From Clostridium sp. (GTDB lineage Bacteria; Bacillota; Clostridia; Lachnospirales; Lachnospiraceae): 64,000 nt of DNA. Under the pieces are notes generated by a model. The model worked only from the letters and a program-made list of their open reading frames with translations. It ran no database searches and had not been told where the DNA came from. Location: positions 765 through 64,764 of the forward strand of contig SFNH01000002.1 of the NCBI GenBank assembly GCA_004554205.1. Direction: 5' to 3'. Both the position numbers and the translations under genes were made by a program. Positions 9,980 through 19,836 of the stretch are shown here, piece after piece; positions within the stretch are counted from its first letter, which is position 1, and each line of letters starts with the position of its first letter.

Positions 9980-10699
9980 TCACGCCCCGCCTGTGCGAAG
10001 CCACACGAGCGCATAGGGGGCGCCCTCCCCGTCGCAGAGCGCGACCGTGTATACGCCGTCCGCGCAACTCACCCTGGGAATGATCACGTCTCCCAGCAGC
10101 GCGGCTTTTTTATATTCTGCCCGAAGCTCCCGGATTCGCATACGCTCCGGAAGGAACTCCCTGGCAATCTCTACATACTGCGCGTTGTTGACATGGTGGT
10201 TGGTATCAATGTGATGCCGCGCCACGCGCACAGCGGGCTTCTCCTCGTAATTCTCCGGGAGGGAAACCTTCCGCGGCGCATACTCCATATCAAGCCTGTC
10301 CTCCTCGCCGACCCGGTAGGCCTCGATATGGGCCGGCTCCGGGCGCACCGGGCGTCCCGCCTCCGTGTCAAAGAAGAACCATGTGGAGTTTGCCTTCACA
10401 AGGCATTCGCCTGCGCTGTCCCGGATCGTGAAATTCCGGTAGCCGTATATGCCCTTAAAATCATAGGGCCAGGTGCTCACCGTGATCTCCTCGCCAAGCT
10501 TCGGATAGCGCTCTATGACGATCTGCCACGCGGACAGAAGCCACGCGCGCCTCTCCCTCTCCAGATAATCGATGCCAAGCCCCAGTCCCTCAGACTGGAA
10601 GGTGGAGCAGTCCTGCATATAATTGATGATCCCGGTCAGCGTAAGCTCTCTGTTCTCATCAACCTCACTGTAACGCACCCGGCTGTCAAATGAATACAT
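9980..10699 (-). CDS. Acyl-ACP thioesterase
   Basis: VRYSEVD, YMQDCSTFQSE, DTNHHVNNAQY catalytic motif. Confidence 0.9.
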   Translation of the reverse strand: MYSFDSRVRYSEVDENRELTLTGIINYMQDCSTFQSEGLGLGIDYLERERRAWLLSAWQIVIERYPKLGEEITVSTWPYDFKGIYGYRNFTIRDSAGECLVKANSTWFFFDTEAGRPVRPEPAHIEAYRVGEEDRLDMEYAPRKVSLPENYEEKPAVRVARHHIDTNHHVNNAQYVEIAREFLPERMRIRELRAEYKKAALLGDVIIPRVSCADGVYTVALCDGEGAPYALVWLRTGGA

Positions 10700-10820
10700 C
10701 TGTCTTCCTCTCGTTTCCTAGTTTACTGCTTCTATTATAGTAAATTTAATGAATTGCGCAAGAGCTAAAAAAAAGGCCGCCGCCAAATTTGCGACAGACC
10801 TCTCTTTTTACAGGGACAAG

Positions 10821-10892
10821 CTGGGCTACAAGGATTCGAACCTTGAAATGACGGAGTCAGAGTCCGTTGCCTTACCATTTGGCGATAGCCCA
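10821..10892 (-). tRNA. tRNA-Gln (CTG)
   Basis: Reverse complement TGGGCTATCGCCAAATGGTAAGGCAACGGACT-CTG-ACTCCGTCATTTCAAGGTTCGAATCCTTGTAGCCCAG folds as a cloverleaf; CCA not encoded. Confidence 0.97.
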
Positions 10893-10909
10893 TTACTGCA
10901 ACGAAAATT

Positions 10910-10938
10910 ATTATACACGATAGCCCGCCAGCCGTCAA
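10910..10938 (-). promoter_or_regulatory. Sigma-A promoter of tRNA-Gln
   Basis: TTGACG, 17 bp, TATAAT. Confidence 0.8.
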
Positions 10939-10960
10939 GCACTTTTTTCAGGAAAATTTG

Positions 10961-11170
10961 GTGACAGTTTAGCCATGCGGCGTTTCCGGCGGATTTTACG
11001 CCGCAGCTCCCGGACAGACAGCCCGTGTGACACGCTGCGTTTCCTACTCGGTCCGCGCGCTGATTAGCCGCCAGTCGCGCAAACTCGCTTCGCTCGGACA
11101 GTGCGCTTTGATGATAACAGTTTAGGGTAGGGCTTTGCACTTGCTGCAAAGTCCTACACTGAACTGTTAC
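10961..11170. repeat. Compound GTRACWGTTYAG element (modules G, D, C plus terminal hairpin 11115-11170)
   Basis: Begins GTGACAGTTTAGCCATGCGGC and ends CTGAACTGTTAC; gcggattttacgccgcag also at 58701; cggacagacagccc.gtgtgacacgctgcgtttcc also at 6294. Confidence 0.85.
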
Positions 11171-11711
11171 CTCCCAGATACTGCTTTAACTTCTTCACGG
11201 CACGGTTGTACTTTGAAAGCTCCGTGGAGAGAGGCATCCCGAGCGCCTCCGCGATCTCCCTGTGCTTCAGTCCCGACGAGGCGTACAAAAGCACCACCTC
11301 CCGCTCCTCCTCCTTCAGGATTTCAAACGCCGCCTTAAGCGTCAGCGCATCCGCGAGATTCTCAAGAGGAAGGCACACCTCCCCCGCCTCCTCGCCGTCA
11401 AGGCCGTAAGCGTCCGCATCCGCCTCCCGCCTCCGCTCCCGAAGCTTCATGTAGCAGAAATTCCGGGCAATCGTAAACATCCACGCAAGAGGCTTGCCCT
11501 GGGCCTGGTACGCCGCCGCGCTGCTCCAGACCTTTAGGTAGGTCTCCTGCATCACTTCCTCCGCATCCTGAGGATTTTTCAGGATTGACAGGATAAAGCT
11601 GTACAGGATCCTGTCCGTATTCTGATAAAGCTGATGGAATGCCTCCCTGTCGCCGAGAGCCACACCTCTTAACAGTTCTTCGTCGCTCAACCGGATTCCC
11701 TCTCTGATCAT
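11154..11711 (-). CDS. ECF RNA polymerase sigma factor
   Basis: Region 2 (DAEEVMQETYLKVW, WMFTIARN) and region 4 (GLKHREIAEALGMPLST); start may be TTG 11690. Confidence 0.9.
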   Translation of the reverse strand: MIREGIRLSDEELLRGVALGDREAFHQLYQNTDRILYSFILSILKNPQDAEEVMQETYLKVWSSAAAYQAQGKPLAWMFTIARNFCYMKLRERRREADADAYGLDGEEAGEVCLPLENLADALTLKAAFEILKEEEREVVLLYASSGLKHREIAEALGMPLSTELSKYNRAVKKLKQYLGGNSSV

Positions 11712-11766
11712 TTAATGCGACAGTACGCCCGTTTATTACGTCATTCCGGCATCTTTTCCACCCGCG

Positions 11767-12951
11767 CTACCCGCGCTCCTCCATGCTGAAGGAGCACTCC
11801 GTGGTGATGACGCAAAAACAGCGTCCGTCCTTCTCTCTTATTTTCCGGCATACCTGGCGTTTTAATTCATCCTGCATCTCTTTTGTGTACTCCCGCGGCA
11901 CGACCAGGTCAAAGATCAGGTTGATCCGCTTCGTTCCCTCCACGATGCGGAAATCGTGCAGCGACAGTCTGGAATCGAGTCCCTTGATCGTCTCTGTCGC
12001 AAGCTCCCTCAAGCGGTTTACCTGCTCATTTCCCGTCTGCACCGGATCCATATGGATCACAAGAAATACGCCGAGCGCCCGCATTGCGTCCCGCTCGATC
12101 TTATCCACGACTTCATGTGAGGCTTCAATATCCACGTCGCTCGGCACCTCGGCATGGATCGTCGCCATGCTTCGCCCGGGGCCGTAATTGTGCACGATCA
12201 AGTCGTGTGTGCCGATTATGCCGTCATACCCTTCTACAAAATCGGAAATCTGCCGGCAGACCTTCGGGTCAATGGCCTCGCCGATCAACGGCGCCAGCGT
12301 ATCCTTCGCGATGTTCACACCCGCGACCATGACGAGCACAGACACGACCAGCCCGACGATCCCGTCAATATTGATATGAAAAATCCCGAAGACCACGATT
12401 GAAATGATCGTCGCGGTGGTAGCTCCCACATCGCCCAGGGAGTCCGCCGACGTCGCAAGCATCACTGTGGAATGAATCCTCTTTCCGAGCTTTCGGTTAA
12501 ATACCGCCATCCACAGCTTCACGCACACCGACATAAGCAGGATCCCAACGGACAGCAGACTGAAAGCGAGCTCCTCCGGGTGCAGGATTTTCCCAACGGA
12601 AGTCTTAAACAGAGAGAAGCCCACCTGAATGACGATGAATGCCACAATAAACGCGGCGATGTACTCGATCCGTCCATGCCCGAAGGGATGGTGCTCGTCC
12701 GCAGGCTTCTGAGCCATCTTCACGCCCACAAAGCCGATGATGGACGAGGCCGCATCCGATAAGTTGTTGAATGCGTCCGCCATAACGGAAATACTGTTCA
12801 CCATAAGTCCCGTCAAAAGCTTTACCGTAAATAAAAGCAGGTTACAGAAAATACCCACCACGCTCGCCATCATGCCGTAGCGGGTGCGCACTTCCGCGTC
12901 CTCCGTATTTTCATGATCCTTCACAAATATCTTTACCAGAAAATCTGTCAT
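11767..12951 (-). CDS. Cation diffusion facilitator (FieF-like) transporter
   Basis: ADAFNNLSD, KPADEHHPFGHGRIEY, HDLIVHNYGPG, VIHMDP. Confidence 0.92.
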   Translation of the reverse strand: MTDFLVKIFVKDHENTEDAEVRTRYGMMASVVGIFCNLLLFTVKLLTGLMVNSISVMADAFNNLSDAASSIIGFVGVKMAQKPADEHHPFGHGRIEYIAAFIVAFIVIQVGFSLFKTSVGKILHPEELAFSLLSVGILLMSVCVKLWMAVFNRKLGKRIHSTVMLATSADSLGDVGATTATIISIVVFGIFHINIDGIVGLVVSVLVMVAGVNIAKDTLAPLIGEAIDPKVCRQISDFVEGYDGIIGTHDLIVHNYGPGRSMATIHAEVPSDVDIEASHEVVDKIERDAMRALGVFLVIHMDPVQTGNEQVNRLRELATETIKGLDSRLSLHDFRIVEGTKRINLIFDLVVPREYTKEMQDELKRQVCRKIREKDGRCFCVITTECSFSMEERG

Positions 12952-13017
12952 CTGTTCCTCTCCTTTGCATACATAGCATAAGGGTTATTTTAACATATTT
13001 TCCGAAAAAAGTCTCTC

Positions 13018-13046
13018 TTTACTTTTTTCTTTATATGGGGTATAGT
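13018..13046 (+). promoter_or_regulatory. Sigma-A promoter of nfo
   Basis: TTTACT, 17 bp, TATAGT. Confidence 0.6.
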
Positions 13047-13054
13047 AATAATCC

Positions 13055-13219
13055 AGTCATGCGGCGTTTCCGGGCTTTGCAGCCGGAAGTAGCCAGTTAC
13101 GAGGGAGCGGGGTATACATTTGCTGTGAGGAAGACCGGTGAATGCTTTTTGAACTTGTGAAAAAAGCATTACATCCGGCGACCGAACAAAAGCGAAACGC
13201 CCCGCCGCGACCGAACAAA
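13055..13219 (+). repeat. Element-family copy (modules G + A) in the nfo 5' leader
   Basis: 13090-13219 aligns with the reverse complement of about 6145-6275; begins agtcatgcggcgtttccgg as at 10971. Confidence 0.85.
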
Positions 13220-13239
13220 TAAAAATCAGGAGAATACAG

Positions 13240-14076
13240 ATGCTTAGAATCGGTTGTCATTTATCCTCCTCCAGAGGTTACCTTGCCATGGGGAAGGACG
13301 CAATTAAGATCGGTGCAAATACATTTCAGTTCTTTACCCGCAACCCGCGGGGAGGAAACGCCAAGGCGATCGTGCCGTCCGACGTGGAGGCATATCTTGC
13401 CTTTGCGAAAGAACACGGGATCGCAAACATTCTCGCCCACGCCCCATACACCCTGAACGCCTGCTCCGCAGATGAGGGCTTAAGGGAGTTTGCCCAAAAC
13501 ACCATGGCTGACGACCTTGCTCGCATGGAATACACGCCGGGCAACTGCTATAATTTCCACCCCGGCAGCCATGTGAAACAGGGCACAGAGGTGGGGATCG
13601 CCTACATCGCCGATATGCTGAACCGGATCTTAAAGCCGGAGCAGCGCACCACCGTCCTTCTTGAGACTATGGCGGGCAAGGGCAGCGAGGTGGGCGGCCG
13701 TTTTGAGGAGCTTCGGGAGATCCTCGACCGCGTAGCCTTATCCGACCACATGGGCGTCTGCCTCGACACCTGCCACGTCTGGGACGGCGGCTACGATATC
13801 GTGAACCACTTAGACGAGGTTCTGCACGAATTCGACCGTGTCATCGGGCTGAAACGCCTGCGCGCAGTCCACTTAAACGACAGCAAAAATCCGCTGGGCG
13901 CCCACAAGGACCGCCACGCAAAGATCGGCGATGGCTGCATCGGAAAAGATGCGCTGATACGCGTGGTGAACCACCCGGCGCTTAAGGAGCTTCCATTTTA
14001 TCTGGAAACGCCGAACGAGCTCGACGGATACGCCGCAGAGATTGCACTCATGCGGGAGAATTCTGTGACAGTTTAG
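13240..14076 (+). CDS. nfo: Endonuclease IV
   Basis: [54 protein letters not shown]. Confidence 0.96.
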   Translation: MLRIGCHLSSSRGYLAMGKDAIKIGANTFQFFTRNPRGGNAKAIVPSDVEAYLAFAKEHGIANILAHAPYTLNACSADEGLREFAQNTMADDLARMEYTPGNCYNFHPGSHVKQGTEVGIAYIADMLNRILKPEQRTTVLLETMAGKGSEVGGRFEELREILDRVALSDHMGVCLDTCHVWDGGYDIVNHLDEVLHEFDRVIGLKRLRAVHLNDSKNPLGAHKDRHAKIGDGCIGKDALIRVVNHPALKELPFYLETPNELDGYAAEIALMRENSVTV

Positions 14077-14102
14077 CCGCATGGCTAAACTGTCACAGAA
14101 TT
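14059..14102. repeat. Empty element: perfect 20-bp hairpin, probably also a bidirectional terminator
   Basis: AATTCTGTGACAGTTTAGCC-gcat-GGCTAAACTGTCACAGAATT between convergent genes; contains the nfo TAG. Confidence 0.9.
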
Positions 14103-14113
14103 GCCGCTGACGA

Positions 14114-14713
14114 TCAGCCCTTTTTCTTTACGCAGTCCACGATGATCTCCACGCACCGCTCCACCCCCAGCCTTCCGCTGTTTAAGCACAGGTGGTAATT
14201 GCACGGATTGCCCCATTCATTCCCGCTGTAATACTGATAATAATCCCGGCGCTTTGTGTCGATTTCCCGCATCCGCGCCTCGAGCTTCTTTGCCGTCTCT
14301 CCCGGCTTCAGCTGCTGCATACGCTCCACGCGCTTTTTCATCCCCGCGCAGATGAACACATGGAAGCCATCCTCCACAATGATGTCGGAACACCTGCCGA
14401 TGATCACGCACGGGCCCTGATTTGCCAGCTTCCGAATAAGCTGGGACTGCGCCAGGAATATCTGGTCTGACACCGGAATCTCATAAAGAGGGGAAAACGG
14501 ATTTGCGGACACATACTCGTGCTCCGTCCGCACTTTCCTTCCGATGATCTCATCATTTGCCCGGAATGCCTCCTCCGCGATATCGCTGTCCTCCGCCGCC
14601 ATAGAAATGATCTCCTTGTCATAAAACGGGATTCCGAGCTTCTCGGAAAGGCAAAATCCAATCTCACGTCCGCCGCTTCCGAACTCACGGCTGATGGTAA
14701 TTACTTTATTCAT
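14114..14713 (-). CDS. Cytidylate kinase-like family protein
   Basis: VITISREFGSGGREIG, CVIIGRCSD, YHLCLNS. Confidence 0.88.
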   Translation of the reverse strand: MNKVITISREFGSGGREIGFCLSEKLGIPFYDKEIISMAAEDSDIAEEAFRANDEIIGRKVRTEHEYVSANPFSPLYEIPVSDQIFLAQSQLIRKLANQGPCVIIGRCSDIIVEDGFHVFICAGMKKRVERMQQLKPGETAKKLEARMREIDTKRRDYYQYYSGNEWGNPCNYHLCLNSGRLGVERCVEIIVDCVKKKG

Positions 14714-14778
14714 AATTGCATGTCTCCTCTCCTGTACAGCTATCTTACCATATCCGGCGCCAAATTTCTACTGATTTC

Positions 14779-14800
14779 GTAACAGTTCAGCCATGCGGCT
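14779..14800. repeat. Element half-end at the 3' border of the pilus locus
   Basis: GTAACAGTTCAGCCATGCGGCT. Confidence 0.8.
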
Positions 14801-14812
14801 TATCTCTCATCA

Positions 14813-15235
14813 TCATTCCTTTACATAACAATAGCCGCTGTAAGTAAAACCGGTTCTCCCATGTTTTACGGTCAGATCAATGCGGATGACATCCGGATGC
14901 TGTGCCGGCTGCGGACAGGAAAATTCCAGCTTCTCGATCACATATCCTATGTAAGCGCTTTCACCGACCTCCCAGCTGCATTCCGTTTCACCGGCCGTAA
15001 TCTCGCCGGATATCTCATCCAGGATCAGGTTACACACTGTGGCCGCTTCCGAGGCTGATTCCACACGCCGCACCATGCGCACACTTCCGGTAATGACAAC
15101 CGCGGCAGATACCATGAAAATTCCGGTCAGCGCAAACGACACGATCAGCTCTGCCATGGTGAAGCCCGATGAGTTCCTGCCGATACGGTCACGGACGGCT
15201 CTCCACCGCTTTTTACTCTTCTTCGTCGCTCTCAT
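14813..15235 (-). CDS. Minor type IV pilin-like protein
   Basis: Basic leader then G|FTMAELIVSFAL class III signal peptide. Confidence 0.8.
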   Translation of the reverse strand: MRATKKSKKRWRAVRDRIGRNSSGFTMAELIVSFALTGIFMVSAAVVITGSVRMVRRVESASEAATVCNLILDEISGEITAGETECSWEVGESAYIGYVIEKLEFSCPQPAQHPDVIRIDLTVKHGRTGFTYSGYCYVKE

Positions 15236-15581
15236 GCTCTCTCACCACTTCCTTAAGCGCCGGGCCGCCGTCGCCGCCCACCGTCCGCAGGGTCACTCCC
15301 TCGACCGTGAAACCTTCCTCCCTCAGAAACCGCAGGCTCACCTGCTCCGTCCTCACGGGAATCGGCGATTCCGCAGCGTTTTCCGGTGCTCCTTCGAGAT
15401 AGCAGGCGCCCTCCAGGTCGCGCCACGCCGCGAGCGTCCTCTCGGAGCGCTCCAGCATCGTCCCGGCAAGCTTCATCGAGCGGGAGAACATACCTATGAT
15501 AAGAACCATGATGCAAAACGCCGCTAAAACCTCGACCATCGCGCTCCCCGAACAGTTTTGTCTCCCCTTCATCCGTCTCAC
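15213..15581 (-). CDS. Minor pilin-like protein
   Basis: G|SAMVEVLAAF hydrophobic helix with E5. Confidence 0.7.
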   Translation of the reverse strand: MRRMKGRQNCSGSAMVEVLAAFCIMVLIIGMFSRSMKLAGTMLERSERTLAAWRDLEGACYLEGAPENAAESPIPVRTEQVSLRFLREEGFTVEGVTLRTVGGDGGPALKEVVREHESDEEE

Positions 15582-16237
15582 CCCCTGTCCCGCATATGTC
15601 CGATAAAACGCAGGCGAAGGAAGCTCCGGCTGCTTTGCTCCTCATCGCCTCCTCCGTCCTCCGCTTCAGTGTCCGCCTGTGCATCCGGCTTAAAGTAGCT
15701 GTAAACCGTGCTCGATTCCCCGCCCACCGTGCTTGTCACCTTCAGGCAGAGTACCGCATTTTCAGGCCGGGAAAACGCGTCCACCGAGCGGATTTCTTCC
15801 GATGTCTCATCGGTGTCTCCGCCTTCGTCCAGCCAGTACAGATCCACCATGGTCTCTCCGGGAAGCGTGCCGGGGGCGAGCTCATACTCAAGCTTCTCCC
15901 CGAGCCTCCGCTCGCCATTTTCGATTTTGTGAAAGGCGGTCTGAAGCTGTGAGCGGACAGAGTTCCCATCCTCGCGCAGCGCTCCGTCCTCCGTCACATC
16001 TCCGTATTCGGGAACGCCTGTGATCTCATCAATCAGCACTCCCGATACAGAATACGCATTGACGCGGCACTGCGTTCTCTCACCGATCCTTCTGATATTC
16101 CGGGCAGACGCAGACGCGGCAAGCAGCAATTCCAGGCACAGTATCGTCGTGATAAGCATCACACACATGACCACGACCATGGCGGAGCCCTCCTGCCGTT
16201 TCCTCACAAAACTCCCGTCTCTCTTTTCCCTACTCAT
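15578..16237 (-). CDS. PilX/GspK-like minor pilin
   Basis: RKRQEG|SAMVVVMCVM, lacks E5 as PilX-type pilins do. Confidence 0.65.
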   Translation of the reverse strand: MSREKRDGSFVRKRQEGSAMVVVMCVMLITTILCLELLLAASASARNIRRIGERTQCRVNAYSVSGVLIDEITGVPEYGDVTEDGALREDGNSVRSQLQTAFHKIENGERRLGEKLEYELAPGTLPGETMVDLYWLDEGGDTDETSEEIRSVDAFSRPENAVLCLKVTSTVGGESSTVYSYFKPDAQADTEAEDGGGDEEQSSRSFLRLRFIGHMRDRG

Positions 16238-17741
16238 AGAAAGCCACCTTTAAAAGCTCCTCCATGCTGGTCACGCCCCTCGCTACCAGCTTCGCTCCGC
16301 ACTCTCCGAGGCTCCTCATGCCCTGCGTCTCAAGCGCGTAGCGCCTCATATCCTCCATGTCGGCTTTCGACGCGATCATACGGCGCAAAGTCTTATCCAC
16401 ATACACAATCTCATGGATCGCGATCCGTCCCGAATACCCGGTATAATTACAGTGTGCGCAGCCGACCGGCACCCTGACCTTTGAAATGCCGCTCCCGAGA
16501 TAGGCCCGCATTGCCTCATCGGTGTCAACCTCCCTTGCGCACTCCGGGCACAGCTTGCGCATCAGCCGCTGTGCCACCACTCCCACAAGCGAATTGGCGA
16601 CGAGGTACGGCTCCACGCCCATATCCTCGAGACGGACGATGGCAGAGAGCGCATCATTTGTATGCAATGTACTTAAGACCAGATGACCCGTGATCGCCGC
16701 GCGGACGGAGATGACCGCCGTCTCACTGTCCCTCGTCTCACCGACCATGATGATATCCGGATCCTGACGCAGGATCGCTCGAAGACCGGTCTCAAAGGTC
16801 ATACCGGCCGCATTGTTTACCTGACTCTGATTGATGCCCCGAAGATTCTGCTCCACCGGGTCCTCAATGGTGGAGATATTCACCTGCCGCCCCGAAAGGT
16901 CATTTAAGATCATATAAAGCGTGGTCGTCTTGCCCGAACCCGTGGGGCCCGTTATGTAGATCAGACCGCCCGGCAGCCGCAACATTTTCGTCAGCTTCTG
17001 ATAATCCTCCCGCAGCATGCCGTAGGTTTCGGGACTGTCCACCCGGATGTTTCCGGCAAGGAGCCGGATAACCGCCTTCTCGCCGAATACCGTCGGCATC
17101 ACCGACACGCGCATATTGATCATCTGTCCATCGACCTTCATGCGAAAATGTCCGTCCTGCGGGATGCGCCTCTGCGCAATGTCCATATCGCAAAGGATCT
17201 TGACTCTGGCGATCAAAGCCGCGTGGACATGCCTCTGCAATGTGACGAACCGGGCAAGCGCGCCGTCAATTCTCATGCGGATCACCGTCTTGTCCTCAAA
17301 AGGCTCAATGTGGATATCGCTGGCATTATTGTGGAATGCGCGCCTGACCAGGCTCTCTAACAGGTTGATCACCGGCGCCTCCTCATCGCTGTCCGAAATC
17401 TCAGACTCCTCCGCCTCCGAATCACGGCCGACGTTTACCGCGGATACCGCCTCTCTCGCCCCTGCCTCCGCGTAATAATAGCGGATTGCCCCGTCTAACG
17501 CCTCTTTGCCGCACAGGAGCAGCTTTACGTTCATGCCGGTCACCTGGCGTATCTCCTCAACACCGTAAAAATTTAACGGGTCATCCGTCAGCACCGTGAT
17601 GGTATCACCGTCGGCCGCCACGCCCAGCATACCGTGTCTCCTCGCCATCTCAAAGGGTATCCTCCGCACCACGCCAAGATCCACACTCATCTGCCATGGA
17701 TCGTCTATCCGAAAATCCTTATCTCCGCTCCTGTCGTCCAT
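16230..17741 (-). CDS. pilB: GspE/PilB family pilus assembly ATPase
   Basis: ASDIHIEP, GPTGSGKTTTLY, TIEDPVE, LRQDPDIIMVGE, TGHLVLSTLHTND, tetracysteine CPEC...CAHC. Confidence 0.93.
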   Translation of the reverse strand: MDDRSGDKDFRIDDPWQMSVDLGVVRRIPFEMARRHGMLGVAADGDTITVLTDDPLNFYGVEEIRQVTGMNVKLLLCGKEALDGAIRYYYAEAGAREAVSAVNVGRDSEAEESEISDSDEEAPVINLLESLVRRAFHNNASDIHIEPFEDKTVIRMRIDGALARFVTLQRHVHAALIARVKILCDMDIAQRRIPQDGHFRMKVDGQMINMRVSVMPTVFGEKAVIRLLAGNIRVDSPETYGMLREDYQKLTKMLRLPGGLIYITGPTGSGKTTTLYMILNDLSGRQVNISTIEDPVEQNLRGINQSQVNNAAGMTFETGLRAILRQDPDIIMVGETRDSETAVISVRAAITGHLVLSTLHTNDALSAIVRLEDMGVEPYLVANSLVGVVAQRLMRKLCPECAREVDTDEAMRAYLGSGISKVRVPVGCAHCNYTGYSGRIAIHEIVYVDKTLRRMIASKADMEDMRRYALETQGMRSLGECGAKLVARGVTSMEELLKVAFYE

Positions 17742-17747
17742 CGTCCA

Positions 17748-18353
17748 TTACTCCCTCCCGACCATCAGCACCGTGAGCCTAAGATCCAGGAGGCGATCCC
17801 CTCCGCTCTCCTCTTCGGCTTTGTCCCAGCTTAAGGACATCACCTGTACTCCCGGAGCAGAAAGCGCCAGATCGTCCACCAGCCGATCCAGGGCCTCATC
17901 CATGCCGGAAACCTCAAGGACTACCTGCGCGCTCCACACGGCGTCCACTCCGTCCGTATTGCTCCTCTCCTCGTCCTCACCGCCGTAGCCCGCGGCATTT
18001 ATCGGCGTTTCAGGCATGTCGATCTGAAGCCTCGTAACCGACAGGCCGTGCGCCGCGCTCCTGTCCGTCAGCATACGGTCGATCTCGCGGCTCTTCATCA
18101 TGGGATTGATCTTTTCGCCCGCCTCCTTAAGTCTGACCCTCAGCTCTTCATTTTCCCGGCGCGCGTCGGGAAGCGACGCCTCCTTTAACCGGATTTTCGC
18201 AATCCGTTCCTCATTACTCTTAATCTGCTCCTCAAGCCTTTTGTTGGCATCGCTAAGCGGCGTAAGCACCGCAAAGACGAAGAATACCGTCACGCAGAAT
18301 ACGCCAAGGCCGGAGAGCAGCTTTTTATCCCGTTCTGTCACCCTTGTTGTCAT
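17748..18353 (-). CDS. PilO/GspM-like alignment protein
   Basis: TERDKKLL, one TM, coiled coil; lies between the PilMN-like gene and pilB. Confidence 0.6.
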   Translation of the reverse strand: MTTRVTERDKKLLSGLGVFCVTVFFVFAVLTPLSDANKRLEEQIKSNEERIAKIRLKEASLPDARRENEELRVRLKEAGEKINPMMKSREIDRMLTDRSAAHGLSVTRLQIDMPETPINAAGYGGEDEERSNTDGVDAVWSAQVVLEVSGMDEALDRLVDDLALSAPGVQVMSLSWDKAEEESGGDRLLDLRLTVLMVGRE

Positions 18354-19825
18354 GGCATTCCCTCCCCGTCACCTTCTGCCCCCAAAAGGTAGGCAGTCAC
18401 AAAAGCCTTCCAGCCGCCGCTTTCCTCATCATACCGGAATCCATCGTAAAATACGCGCCTAAACACATCCGTCCGCTTTTCCAGGCGCTCGACAAACTGA
18501 TGCGCTCCCTGCTCATTGTCAGAAAACATCTCGATGGACACCGCTCCGCTCATTCTGTCAAAGCTTGCGACATCCGCGGTCGCGACGCCCGATGCGCACT
18601 CGTCGATCACCTGCTTTACCGCGCTCGTATAGACCGGATAGGCCGCGAGATTTTCTTCTGTTTTCCTGATGACCCCAAGCCTTAACGAGAGCTTCCCATT
18701 CTCATTTTTAATGCGGTCATACTCCGCTTCCTGTGCGATCACCTGCGGATCTTCAAGATAGTCAAACTGTGTGTCAATCTTATCGGTGCGCCGGAGCCAG
18801 ACAAACATCTGAAGCGCGGCAATAGCGCCCAGCAAAAGCTTGGCTGCCACCGAAGGCGCCGCGTACCTTAAGAACTCTCTCCGCTTTTTAATCCGCTCCG
18901 AATTCCGGTAATACTGCCACAGCAGCCCACACTTCCCCTTAGGCGCCATCAGACCGCCGACCGGCGCTGTGAAATCCGCAAACTCCCCATCCGGGCAGAA
19001 TCGGATACCGCCGCCTTCCTCCACACGGAGCTTCTCGACTTTGAGGTCTTTATCCATCTCAAGAATGCTCTCCCGGCAAGCGTCGAAATCCTCATCTGAA
19101 AATCCTCCGCCCAGATAAATGCAGCTCACTTCCCTCTCTGCCTGCTGCGTCTTTAAAAACTGCCGGAGATTGCTTACGCTCTTTGCACTCTCAATAGCAA
19201 CTTCAAGTCTCCCCTGCCCGGATATATGCTCCGCGCCCGAGTAAAAGTAAGCTCCGTCCACATACACGATATTAAGCAGCGTCGCGCCCTCGATCATCTG
19301 TACGATACAGGTCTTGTCCCTGATACAGCACAGGCGGCTGACCGCAAACACCGCCGCCGCGGCAAGAGGCACAATGGAGACGAGGCGGATTCCCAGCTCT
19401 CTAAAACGGCGGATATGCGGCTCTAAAATCTCACGCTCCGCCATCACAGCGTCAAGCCTGCATTTTGTGCCTTCCCGCTCCATCACCAGATAGCCGTACA
19501 CCGGCTCCTTCATCTTCACCGCGGCAAATTCACGCGGAAGATACGCCATCCGTCTTCTATGGCTCATCTTCGGCACCTGTATCACTCGTCTTACCAGCCG
19601 GGAACTTTCAAGCGCCAGAACAACATCCCTCTTCGGAAGATGATTCTCCTCCCAGAATTCTCTTAGGAATCCGGTAAATGTCTCCTCATCCGCCACCTGT
19701 CCGTTTACGATGCTCCCCTCCGGCGCCTGCGCATAACAGGTGCGGGTGACTACAGCTCTCATTCCTTTTCCGCTTCCGACAACCGCTTTCACATCACGGC
19801 CCGCGAAAACTACTACTGTACTCAC
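18350..19825 (-). CDS. PilM-PilN-like fusion protein
   Basis: N-terminus resembles actin-like PilM (PEGSIVNGQV), then one TM, coiled coil and PilN-like tail; operon position. Confidence 0.6.
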   Translation of the reverse strand: MSTVVVFAGRDVKAVVGSGKGMRAVVTRTCYAQAPEGSIVNGQVADEETFTGFLREFWEENHLPKRDVVLALESSRLVRRVIQVPKMSHRRRMAYLPREFAAVKMKEPVYGYLVMEREGTKCRLDAVMAEREILEPHIRRFRELGIRLVSIVPLAAAAVFAVSRLCCIRDKTCIVQMIEGATLLNIVYVDGAYFYSGAEHISGQGRLEVAIESAKSVSNLRQFLKTQQAEREVSCIYLGGGFSDEDFDACRESILEMDKDLKVEKLRVEEGGGIRFCPDGEFADFTAPVGGLMAPKGKCGLLWQYYRNSERIKKRREFLRYAAPSVAAKLLLGAIAALQMFVWLRRTDKIDTQFDYLEDPQVIAQEAEYDRIKNENGKLSLRLGVIRKTEENLAAYPVYTSAVKQVIDECASGVATADVASFDRMSGAVSIEMFSDNEQGAHQFVERLEKRTDVFRRVFYDGFRYDEESGGWKAFVTAYLLGAEGDGEGMP

Positions 19826-19836
19826 GTCTATTCCCC

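Noticed and set aside
10821..10892. tRNA-Gln as an island integration site
   Set aside because: No integrase and no duplicated tRNA 3' end seen in the window.
13110..13145. GTGAGGAAGACCGG as RNase P RNA
   Set aside because: Only superficially like GAGGAAAGUCC; the 3' conserved region is missing, it is too short and it is multi-copy.
14059..14102. Repeats as integron attC sites
   Set aside because: No RYYYAAC...GTTRRRY outer cores or tandem cassette array, no integrase, and most flanking genes are housekeeping.
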